Assembly: GCA_030539035.1 (NCBI GenBank)
Contig: JAUNSU010000044.1
Span: forward strand, 1,469-25,468
DNA from: Planctomycetia bacterium
GTDB lineage: Bacteria; Planctomycetota; Planctomycetia; Pirellulales; Thermoguttaceae
Direction: 5' to 3'
Length of the DNA stretch: 24,000 nt
This document shows positions 1-8,201 of the stretch, piece after piece; the stretch's first letter is position 1, and the number at the start of each line of letters is the position of its first letter. The notes under the pieces are model-generated. The model was not told the DNA's origin, made no database searches, and saw nothing but the letters and a program-made list of their open reading frames with translations. Position numbers and translations under genes: made by a program.

Positions 1-50
1 TATCGCGGCAGGAACTTTTTTTATCGAGAAAGATCATTCGGGAATACCTC

Positions 51-467
51 ATGGAGCGTTTGCGCGCGATTCTGTTCCCGGACTCTCCTTATATGCTTAT
101 TTTGGCCAATGATGATCCGGAGGAGGCAAAAATGAGTTCCTCCGATCAATTTTCCCGATACGAAGATTCGGAGGAAGACGGCGAAGAGGAGAAAACGGAC
201 GGCGGTTCCCGTTTTTCGCTCAACACCGCTCCCGACGGTTTTCGATTTACCATTGGCAAACTCGAAGGATCGTTTACGATTGATTCCCCCGAGATATTCA
301 GGGATCTCCTTCAGTTCGCCCATCTTGAACGCGCATATAAAATGATAGAAGAATATATCCATTTCGATTGGACAAACGCGATCCCCCGTACGGAAGAAGA
401 GGGACTCTTCTTCTATCCGAAAGAAAAAGACGATCAACCGTTTGATGAGGAAAATTTATCTGATTAA
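51..467 (+). CDS. Hypothetical acidic protein (138 aa from the first ATG). The frame stays open back to the window start, so the gene may be 5'-truncated.
   Basis: ORF track 51..467. The protein is rich in D/E (EDSEEDGEEEK, EEEGLFFYPKEKDDQPFDEE). There is no in-frame stop in nt 3..50. It is co-directional with and directly upstream of the next gene. No recognisable motif. Confidence 0.45.
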   Translation: MERLRAILFPDSPYMLILANDDPEEAKMSSSDQFSRYEDSEEDGEEEKTDGGSRFSLNTAPDGFRFTIGKLEGSFTIDSPEIFRDLLQFAHLERAYKMIEEYIHFDWTNAIPRTEEEGLFFYPKEKDDQPFDEENLSD

Positions 468-480
468 AGGAGAACTGTTT

Positions 481-1833
481 ATGAAAAAACTGACACGCCG
501 TCAATTTGTAAAGTCCGCGTCCGCGATGATTGCGGCGGCTTCAACGATCCGTTTTCTTCCTGCTCTGCAAGCGGCGGATCCGGCCCCAAAATGGTATAAG
601 GGGAATCTTCACATGCACACCCAATGGTCCGACGGAAGTCCGCTGCCGGAATGGGCCGTTCATTGGTACAAGTCGCACGGATATCATTTTATTTGCCCTT
701 CCGATCACAATATCTTTCAGGACGATACCTTCCGTCTGGACGCGTTTGGAACTAAAAGCGATCTCAAAGATCAATCCGCGTTCAAGGGGGAAAGCTCTTT
801 CTGGAAGCCGATCAGCCATACATCAGGCTGGTCGAAACTCAATGAAAATATTCTGAACGATGCCCGGGAACTGTTCGGAAAAGATTCCGTGCGAACCAAA
901 AAAGTCGAAGGACGAACCTATGTCCGGATGAAGACTTTTGATGAACTCTCCAAACAGTTCTGCTCTCCGGAGCAATTTCTGATGATCCCGGGCTATGAAC
1001 AGACGGGGGGAGCTCTTGACGGACGGCAGGTTCACATGAATTTCATCAATGTCCGAAAGGCTTTTCCTTATATTCGCAAGGAAGATCCGCTCAAGATCTT
1101 CGAAAGTACCTTTCAAACGGGAACGGAGGTCTATCAGGGCGAAAATTATCTTTTTACGGCCAATCATCCTCTTTGGCGCTACTATGATTTTTCACCAAGC
1201 GATATGATCGCGCTTCCGCAGATCCGGCTTTGGGAACTGAACAACAACGATATTGCGACAGGTCTGGAAGCGCACCCGAAGGGCTGGAAACCGGAAAAAT
1301 TCTGGGATGCCGTCAATGCCTGGCGCGCCGCCCATGATCAGCCGCTGATGTTCGGAATGGGCTCGGATGATCGGCACGGCTATTCGGATGCTTCGGCAAA
1401 AGCCTGGACCGTTGTCCGTGCGGCGAAGCTCGATACGTCCTGTCTTCTGGAATCGATTCGCAAAGGGGACTTTTACGCTTCCAACGGATTGGATTTCGAG
1501 GAGATCCAATTTGACGGAAAGACGTTGTCCGTTCGGATCAAGGTTCGGGAAGAAGGAAAGTACCGGATCATCTTCATCGGAACGAAAAAGGATTACGATC
1601 CTCAAGCTCAGATATTCCTTGCCAAAGGACATAAAAAGACGCCGACGCGCCGGATCGAGATCTATTCCGATTCGATCGGCACCATTCTTGATACGGTTGA
1701 AGGAACCGAGGGATCTTATACGCTTAAACCGGATGATCTTTATGTTCGCGCCAAAATTGTCAAGATCACGGACGGCATGAAAGAAGATTGGGAATCGAAA
1801 CCTGCCGCCTGGTCGCAGCCTTACCGCGGCTGA
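481..1833 (+). CDS. Tat-signal PHP-domain metal-dependent phosphoesterase (about 450 aa)
   Basis: Start chosen at ATG 481, which has AAGGAG 8 nt upstream; the track ORF begins at 442. The N-terminus MKKLTRRQFVKSASAMIAAAS..ALQA is a twin-arginine signal (RRxFVK). GNLHMHTQWSDGS is the PHP-family HxH..SDG metal-binding motif. Confidence 0.8.
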   Translation: MKKLTRRQFVKSASAMIAAASTIRFLPALQAADPAPKWYKGNLHMHTQWSDGSPLPEWAVHWYKSHGYHFICPSDHNIFQDDTFRLDAFGTKSDLKDQSAFKGESSFWKPISHTSGWSKLNENILNDARELFGKDSVRTKKVEGRTYVRMKTFDELSKQFCSPEQFLMIPGYEQTGGALDGRQVHMNFINVRKAFPYIRKEDPLKIFESTFQTGTEVYQGENYLFTANHPLWRYYDFSPSDMIALPQIRLWELNNNDIATGLEAHPKGWKPEKFWDAVNAWRAAHDQPLMFGMGSDDRHGYSDASAKAWTVVRAAKLDTSCLLESIRKGDFYASNGLDFEEIQFDGKTLSVRIKVREEGKYRIIFIGTKKDYDPQAQIFLAKGHKKTPTRRIEIYSDSIGTILDTVEGTEGSYTLKPDDLYVRAKIVKITDGMKEDWESKPAAWSQPYRG

Positions 1834-1915
1834 TCGCATGAATGTATTTATAAGAGGTCCGCGTTTTTGTTTAAAGTGCACATACTGTAAAAATAGAAAA
1901 TTTAAAGGAAAGTTC

Positions 1916-4900
1916 ATGTCCAGAATTATTACCGCCGCCGGTTTTGTTTTTTGTCTTTTATTGTCCGGATTTCTTTACGGAAACAGCGGATCGTCCCTTC
2001 GTATTGACACCGATTTTCCCGGCGGAAATATTATTGTCGATTCCGTAAAAGACGATGTCGTTTCCCTTCACCGCGATATGCGCGACAGCGAAAAAGACTG
2101 GTTCTATTGGGCTTTTCGTGTTCGCGGCGCGGAAAACAGAAAGATCCGGTTCGTCTTCACACAGTCCCCGTCGGTCGGTGCACGCGGCCCCGCCGTCAGT
2201 AAGGACGGAGCGAAAACCTGGAACTGGCTTTCCGATAAACCGGACTTTCCCGCATCCGCGTTCGAATATACATTCTCCGCAGCCGATAAGGAAGTGATCT
2301 TCGCCTTCGGTATGGTTTATACCCAGTCGACACTTGAACGATTTCTGAAAGAGAATCAGGAGAAATTTCAGATCCGGAAGAGCGTTCTCTGCAAGTCCCG
2401 TAAAGGACGCGAGGTTGAACTCCTCCGGTTCGGAACCGCAGAGAATCCGAATAAACTCGGGATTTTAATGACCTGCCGGCATCACGCATGCGAAATGATG
2501 GCAAACTACACAATCGAAGGGGTGATCGAAGAGATCTTCTCCGGATCCGAAGAAGGAAATTGGCTTCTTCACAACGTCGATTTCTTCTGTGTTCCCTTTG
2601 TCGATAAAGACGGTGTTGAAGACGGCGATCAGGGAAAGCAGCGAAAACCGCATGATCATAATCGCGATTATTCGGATCGGATCTATCCCGAAATTCGCGC
2701 GATTACCGATCAGGTTTCCAAGTGGAGCGGCGGGAAACGGACCATGTACTGCGATTTTCATTGTCCCTGGAAACGGGACGGCATCAATGAGATCCTTTAT
2801 TATCCCGGCCCTAAAGAACCTTATATGAGCGCGCAGCTGAAGAAGTTCGCAGCAATTCTCGAACAAAAACAGGCCGGCGGAATGATCCCTTACAAAGAGA
2901 GCTTTAATCTTCCTTTCGGCAAAAGCTGGAACATCGGAACAGGAAGCGATATTCCGAAATCTCTCCGGGAATGGTCTGCGCGGCAAAAGAACGCGATCTT
3001 CGGAGCAACCATTGAGATCCCTTACGCCAATGCTTCCGGGAAACCGGTTACCGCGGAATCGGCGCGCGAACTTGGACACAATATTGCCAAGTCCATGTAT
3101 CTCTTTCTGAACGAAGAGATCAAAAATCCAACGGTCAATCCCGTCGGCGATCATGCGGTCAACGATCCCGATCCGTATCAAACTCCATTCAATCCCGCGG
3201 GAAAGTATCTTAATATCAGCGGCGTCTATCCTCATCTTACCGCTTATAATCAGCCGCCGGAAAAGAAAGGGGATATCAATCACGGAGAAGCCGGGATCGG
3301 AGCACTCGTTCCTTGGGCCGGAAAACTCCGATATCTTACCTATCCCCAGCACGCTCCGAAAGGAAGCAACGACAAGCTTTACAGTGTCGATGATCAGCTC
3401 CATTTGACCATTGAGAAAAAGAGCAAAGGGGGGACCCACGCCAACCGCCTGATCCATAAAGAATCGAAGCAGCTTTTTATCGGGTGCTATGCGATCGATG
3501 AAAAAGGAAATATTCGCTGCTTCGATCTTCAAAAACTGGTCGGACGATTAACCTCGACCATGCGCCATCTCTTTGATCCCGAAAACAAGATCTACTTCTA
3601 CGATATGGAAGGCGCGATCTATGAAGCGGATGTCCATACGCTGGACGTAAACCTTTTATTTAAAAAGCCGTTTCCCGGATGGCATGGGAAAGGCGCTTAC
3701 ACCGGACAGGATCGTGTGGTTTTCGGAAATAACGGCGGAACGGTCGGACAGCCGCTCAGTCCTCATCTTCTTGTCGGCGGAGCGCAAAATGGACCGGAAG
3801 ATGCGGGGATCCTTGCGCAATGGGACGGAAAGAAGAAATTCGAGATCCTGCTCCAGCGCCAGTTTACCGATATTACCGGGCCGGGCGGAATATACGGCGC
3901 AAACTCCATGGACGATCCGATCTGGGCAATGGGCTGGGATAAGCGATCTGTGATCCTGCGTCTTCTCGACAATCGCACATGGTATTCTTTTCGTATTCCG
4001 AAGTCGAGCTATACATTCGATCCCAAGCACGGATGGTTTACCGAATGGCCCCGTATTCGGGAAACTTTTCCGAATCAGCTGATGATGTGCATGCACGCCG
4101 GTCTGTTCGAATTTCCAAAATCGTTCTCCTGGAAAAATACCGCGGGGATCCGTCCGATCACAACGCACCTCCGATATATTCCCGACTTCTGCGCCTGGAA
4201 AGACAAGATCGTTCTCGCGTCCGATGAAGCGTCGATGCAGGAAAATCCAATGTGCGGACAGGCTCAGTCGAATCTCTGGTTCGGAACAATGGACGATCTT
4301 CGCCGATTCGGTCCCAAGCTCGGCTGGGGCGGACTCTGGATGGATGATCCGGTCAAAGCAGGAGATCCTTCCTGCGGTTTTCTGTTCGCAGGCTATCGCT
4401 GGCGGACTCTCCATCTGAAAGGAAACGCCGGAGATCAATTCGAGATCCAGATCGATCGATCCGGTGATCATCAGTGGGCTTCTCTCAAGACCCTTTCGAT
4501 CGGAAAAGAGGGATACACCGCCTTCCAGTTCGATGAAAAAGAAAACGGCGAATGGATCCGGATCGTCCCCAAGCAGGATGGAATCGCAAGCGCGTTTATG
4601 ATCTGCCGGACTCCGCGATCCGATAAAGCCGGGGAATCAAAGATCTTCGATTCTCTTGCCGATCTCTCCGATTCGAACGGATTCGATTCGATTTTTCGTC
4701 CGGCGGCGCATAATCGCTCTTTGCAATGGATTCAGAAAAAAGAATATACCGATCGCGGCAAATATATCGAAATCGATCTTAAAAAGGACGCGTCCGGTTT
4801 TGATTTCCGATCCGATGTTGAAGACCGAAGCGCGGAAGTTCGAAAATTGTGCGGACGCGGCAAGTCCGATTTTATTCTGGAAAAATCGTCTGTTCTCGTA

Positions 4901-7900
4901 ATCGACGCGAACAACAACCGCTATCGGCTTCCTCGCGGATCCAAACTTCTGGATTCCCTTTCGCTTCGTTCGATCAGGGAAGTGGAATCGGAACGGTATC
5001 TTGCCCAATTCCATGGGACTTTTTACGAGATCCCGCGAATGGGGATCAAGGCGATTCCGGACTTCCGGCGGATCAAACCGATCGCCTCTCATTCGAAAAG
5101 GATCGGCGACTTCTGTACTTGGCGCGGACTTCTGGTTCTCGGAGGAACCAAAAAGAACGCGGTCCCCGACGGGCATTATTTTGCCGATTCCAAGGGAAAC
5201 GGTCTTTGGTTCGGACAGATCGACGATCTTTGGAAACTCGGATCTCCGCGGGGAGAAGGCGCTCCTTGGGATCATGCGAAAATCGAAGCCAGTACGCCAA
5301 GCGATCCCTATTTAATGCTCGGATATGATCGAAAGGAGATCGTTTTCTCGCATGATTCCAAAGATCCCGTCCAGTTTACGATCGAAGTCGATTTCGATTT
5401 AACCGGATTTTCGAAGTACAAAACAATCACGGTTCCATCGGGAAAGAAGATCTCGTTCCTCTTCCCGGAAGGGTATCAAGCGCATTGGCTGCGGATCTCC
5501 GCCGATCGTTCCTGCACGGCAACGGCCTGGTGCATCTGGGGGGATTCCGCACAGACTCAAAAAAAGGGGCCTCTGTTCTCGAAGTTCCGCGAAAACGGAA
5601 TGCGCGGAATCGATGAAATCGTTTTCGTCGTTCGGCAGCCTGGAACCGATGTGCACTGGTTCGCGAATTTCGGCTACTTCGCTTCGGATGAAACGGCCCG
5701 TCCGTATCCGCATAGAACCGGCGCCAAGCTCTGTATTTTGAATCTCAATACATCTGAAGTTCGAACAATACTGGAGACGAAAACCGGATCCATTCGCGAT
5801 CCGCAAATTCATTACGACGGTAAAAAAATGATCTTCGCCTATTATCCGGACGGGGAGGGAACTTACCATCTTTACACGATCAATCTCGACGGATCCGATC
5901 TTCGGCAGTTGACCTTTGGCGAATATGATGATTTTGAACCCGCTTGGCTTCCGAACGGCGATATCGTTTTTAATTCAGGCCGGGCGCGCCGATGGACTCC
6001 TTGCGGCTGGCTTCCGGTTGCCTCCCTGTTCCGCTGCCGCGCTGATGGAAGCGGGGTCTATCCCCTTTCCTGCAACGTGGAACATGATAACACTCCCTGG
6101 ATGCTCCCCAACGGACAGATCCTTTATATGCGCTGGGAATATGTCGATCGAAGTCAACTGAATTATCATCATCTCTGGACAATGAATCCCGACGGAACGC
6201 GTCAGCAGATCTTTTTCGGAAATCAAAATCCCGGAAATGTAATGCTCGACGCGAAGCCGATTCCCGAGAGCGATAAAGTCGTCGCGGTTTTCTCTCTCAT
6301 GCACGGAACGCGTGATCATCGCGGTGTGATCACCGTCGTCTCTCCGAAAACCGGGCCGGACGATCTGCAAAGCGCGGTTCCAATCTCAAAATCAAAATGG
6401 ACGCATACCGATCCCTGGGCATTTTCCGAAGAGGAGTTCATGGCCGCCGCCAAAGAATCGATTATCCTTTTGGACAAAACGGGAAAAGAAGAGATTCTTT
6501 ATAAACTTACCGACGAAATTGCATCGGCGAATTTTTGTGTTCATGAACCGCGCCCGGCCCAAAAAAGCAGCCGCGAACCGATCATTCCCGACGGAACCGA
6601 TCTGAAAGCCGATTCCGGCACTCTTCTCTTAACCGATATTTACCAGGGACAGCAAATGAAAGAAGTGAAAAGGGGAAGCATCAAAGAGCTTCTTGTCCTT
6701 GAACTTCTGCCGGTTCCGATCCATTATCAGGGAACCCAGGATCAGATCACCTATGGAGGAACCTATATTCTGGAACGGATCCTCGGTACTGTTCCGATCA
6801 GTCCGGAAGGATCGGCCTGGATGAAATTGCCCGCGATGAGATCTGTTTTTTTCGTCGCTTATGATCATCAGGGGCGTCCGGTAAAACGAATGCACAGCTT
6901 TACATCCGTAATGCCGGGCGAATCAACAACATGTATCGGGTGCCATGAAGCCCGAACGGAATCGCCGCGCAACAGCTATCCCGATCGTTTATTGAAAATA
7001 ACGCGCTCCGGACCTATTGTTCCAACCCCGATCCCGGATATTCCGGATCTTTTTGACTTTCCCCGCGATATTCAACCGATCCTTGACCGGCATTGCGTTG
7101 AATGCCATCAATACACTCGTAAAGACGGCGGGATCGATCTTTCGGGAGATTGGTCGATTTACGGTACCATGAGCTATCAGGCTCTTTCCCGGCGGGAAAT
7201 GCTCGGCGATAATCGCAATCGGGCAGAAAGCAATTTCAAGCCTTACGAAATCGGAAGCTGTACAAGCACACTCTATTCCCTGATCGAAAAAGGACATTAC
7301 AATGTCCGCCTGTCCGATCACGAAATGAAGATGATGAAATACTGGCTCGATTCCGGAGCGGTTTACGCCGGAACCTACGCGGCTTCGGGAAACGGAATTC
7401 GATGGCGCGATGTTGAACGAACGGTCCAGAACGATCTTGACTGGCCGGAGTCGAAAGCGATGCGGGCCGTGATCCAAAATCGATGTAATGTCTGCCATCA
7501 AAAAGAGGGATCGAATCTGCCCGAACTTCCGGAAATTTTGAGCGGGAATCCGGTCTTAAAGCCGAAGATCGACCGATCGACCTATACGAACGTTCATTTT
7601 ACATTGAACATTTATCCGACCGATCAGTACTTCAATTTATCGCATCCGGAAAAGTCTCTGATCTTAACTGCCCCTCTTGCGAAAAGTGCCGGCGGTTTGC
7701 AAAAATGTGTTGACGCAAACGGATCGCCGGTCTTTTCCGGTTCGGATGATCAGGGATATCAGATTCTCATGAAAGCAATTCAAAGGGGAATCGATTTCCT
7801 TCACAGCGAGCAGCCCCGATTTTCATTGCCCGGCCCGATCATTCCTTGCCGGCAATACGCAAGGGAAATGGTCCGCTTCGGTGTTCTTCCGAAAAATTAC

Positions 7901-7984
7901 GATTTTAAAACACCGATCGATGTCTATCAAACGGACCGAAAATACTGGAAACTCTTTAATTGGAAGAAACCCGTTTTACATTGA
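1916..7984 (+). CDS. Giant secreted multidomain protein (~2022 aa): M14 zinc carboxypeptidase-like domain, two tandem unknown modules, PD40/TolB-like beta-propeller, and a C-terminal PSCyt1-like region with three CxxCH heme-binding motifs
   Basis: Start chosen at ATG 1916 (MSRIITAAGFVFCLLLSGFLYG, a signal peptide); the track start at 1838 would add a basic, non-signal extension. M14 motifs are CRHHACE (HxxE zinc ligands), VDKDGVEDGD..HDHNRDY (the NPDG..DLNR equivalent) and CDFHC. PD40-like repeats are DPQIHYDGKKMIFAY, EPAWLPNGDIVFNS and PWMLPNGQILYMRW. Heme motifs are CIGCH (6932-6946), CVECH (7094-7108, in the PSCyt1-like context ILDRHCVECHQ..KDGGIDLSGD) and CNVCH (7484-7498). Confidence 0.9.
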   Translation: MSRIITAAGFVFCLLLSGFLYGNSGSSLRIDTDFPGGNIIVDSVKDDVVSLHRDMRDSEKDWFYWAFRVRGAENRKIRFVFTQSPSVGARGPAVSKDGAKTWNWLSDKPDFPASAFEYTFSAADKEVIFAFGMVYTQSTLERFLKENQEKFQIRKSVLCKSRKGREVELLRFGTAENPNKLGILMTCRHHACEMMANYTIEGVIEEIFSGSEEGNWLLHNVDFFCVPFVDKDGVEDGDQGKQRKPHDHNRDYSDRIYPEIRAITDQVSKWSGGKRTMYCDFHCPWKRDGINEILYYPGPKEPYMSAQLKKFAAILEQKQAGGMIPYKESFNLPFGKSWNIGTGSDIPKSLREWSARQKNAIFGATIEIPYANASGKPVTAESARELGHNIAKSMYLFLNEEIKNPTVNPVGDHAVNDPDPYQTPFNPAGKYLNISGVYPHLTAYNQPPEKKGDINHGEAGIGALVPWAGKLRYLTYPQHAPKGSNDKLYSVDDQLHLTIEKKSKGGTHANRLIHKESKQLFIGCYAIDEKGNIRCFDLQKLVGRLTSTMRHLFDPENKIYFYDMEGAIYEADVHTLDVNLLFKKPFPGWHGKGAYTGQDRVVFGNNGGTVGQPLSPHLLVGGAQNGPEDAGILAQWDGKKKFEILLQRQFTDITGPGGIYGANSMDDPIWAMGWDKRSVILRLLDNRTWYSFRIPKSSYTFDPKHGWFTEWPRIRETFPNQLMMCMHAGLFEFPKSFSWKNTAGIRPITTHLRYIPDFCAWKDKIVLASDEASMQENPMCGQAQSNLWFGTMDDLRRFGPKLGWGGLWMDDPVKAGDPSCGFLFAGYRWRTLHLKGNAGDQFEIQIDRSGDHQWASLKTLSIGKEGYTAFQFDEKENGEWIRIVPKQDGIASAFMICRTPRSDKAGESKIFDSLADLSDSNGFDSIFRPAAHNRSLQWIQKKEYTDRGKYIEIDLKKDASGFDFRSDVEDRSAEVRKLCGRGKSDFILEKSSVLVIDANNNRYRLPRGSKLLDSLSLRSIREVESERYLAQFHGTFYEIPRMGIKAIPDFRRIKPIASHSKRIGDFCTWRGLLVLGGTKKNAVPDGHYFADSKGNGLWFGQIDDLWKLGSPRGEGAPWDHAKIEASTPSDPYLMLGYDRKEIVFSHDSKDPVQFTIEVDFDLTGFSKYKTITVPSGKKISFLFPEGYQAHWLRISADRSCTATAWCIWGDSAQTQKKGPLFSKFRENGMRGIDEIVFVVRQPGTDVHWFANFGYFASDETARPYPHRTGAKLCILNLNTSEVRTILETKTGSIRDPQIHYDGKKMIFAYYPDGEGTYHLYTINLDGSDLRQLTFGEYDDFEPAWLPNGDIVFNSGRARRWTPCGWLPVASLFRCRADGSGVYPLSCNVEHDNTPWMLPNGQILYMRWEYVDRSQLNYHHLWTMNPDGTRQQIFFGNQNPGNVMLDAKPIPESDKVVAVFSLMHGTRDHRGVITVVSPKTGPDDLQSAVPISKSKWTHTDPWAFSEEEFMAAAKESIILLDKTGKEEILYKLTDEIASANFCVHEPRPAQKSSREPIIPDGTDLKADSGTLLLTDIYQGQQMKEVKRGSIKELLVLELLPVPIHYQGTQDQITYGGTYILERILGTVPISPEGSAWMKLPAMRSVFFVAYDHQGRPVKRMHSFTSVMPGESTTCIGCHEARTESPRNSYPDRLLKITRSGPIVPTPIPDIPDLFDFPRDIQPILDRHCVECHQYTRKDGGIDLSGDWSIYGTMSYQALSRREMLGDNRNRAESNFKPYEIGSCTSTLYSLIEKGHYNVRLSDHEMKMMKYWLDSGAVYAGTYAASGNGIRWRDVERTVQNDLDWPESKAMRAVIQNRCNVCHQKEGSNLPELPEILSGNPVLKPKIDRSTYTNVHFTLNIYPTDQYFNLSHPEKSLILTAPLAKSAGGLQKCVDANGSPVFSGSDDQGYQILMKAIQRGIDFLHSEQPRFSLPGPIIPCRQYAREMVRFGVLPKNYDFKTPIDVYQTDRKYWKLFNWKKPVLH

Positions 7985-8130
7985 TCAATCGCGGAAAAAC
8001 GGTATTGCGGAAGAAATTCCGGCCGCTCTGATTTTGGATCAGAAGCAGTGCGAATCAAATGCTTTGCTCTTTTTATATACAGTGATAAGACAGGTAAAAT
8101 ATAAAATTTGACCGTTAAGTTTTGTACTAC

Positions 8131-8159
8131 TTGACTCATTTCACAGAAGAAGAGATAAT
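8131..8159 (+). promoter_or_regulatory. Candidate sigma70-type promoter for the R-M operon
   Basis: TTGACT (8131-8136), a 17-nt spacer, then GATAAT (8154-8159), about 43 nt upstream of the methyltransferase ATG at 8202. It lies in AT-rich intergenic DNA. Confidence 0.4.
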
Positions 8160-8201
8160 AGAGTAATGGAAAATTGAAGTTTAAAGTAGAAATGAATTTA
8201 T

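Noticed and set aside
21-437. A 138-aa minus-strand ORF at the window start, opposite the 51-467 ORF.
   Set aside because: It is a mirror-image ORF of identical length to the plus-strand ORF. The plus-strand ORF is co-directional with and tightly spaced to the downstream operon and has a more protein-like composition, so it is preferred, although neither ORF has a recognisable motif.
1838-1915. The alternative earlier start (ATG 1838) for the giant protein.
   Set aside because: It adds a basic, Cys-rich 26-aa extension ahead of an obvious signal peptide. ATG 1916 places the signal peptide at the N-terminus and has a purine-rich SD-like AAAGGAAAG upstream.
2465-3532. A long antisense ORF (355 aa) inside the giant gene. 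Similar long ORFs occur at 1192-1917(-), 3656-4471(-), 4637-5275(-), 5399-5869(-) and 6989-7501(-).
   Set aside because: They lie entirely opposite a much longer ORF that has clear domain motifs. Their translations are low-complexity, R/S/G/I-rich and carry no motifs. The palindrome-rich (GATC) codon usage suppresses stops on the opposite strand. These are shadow ORFs.
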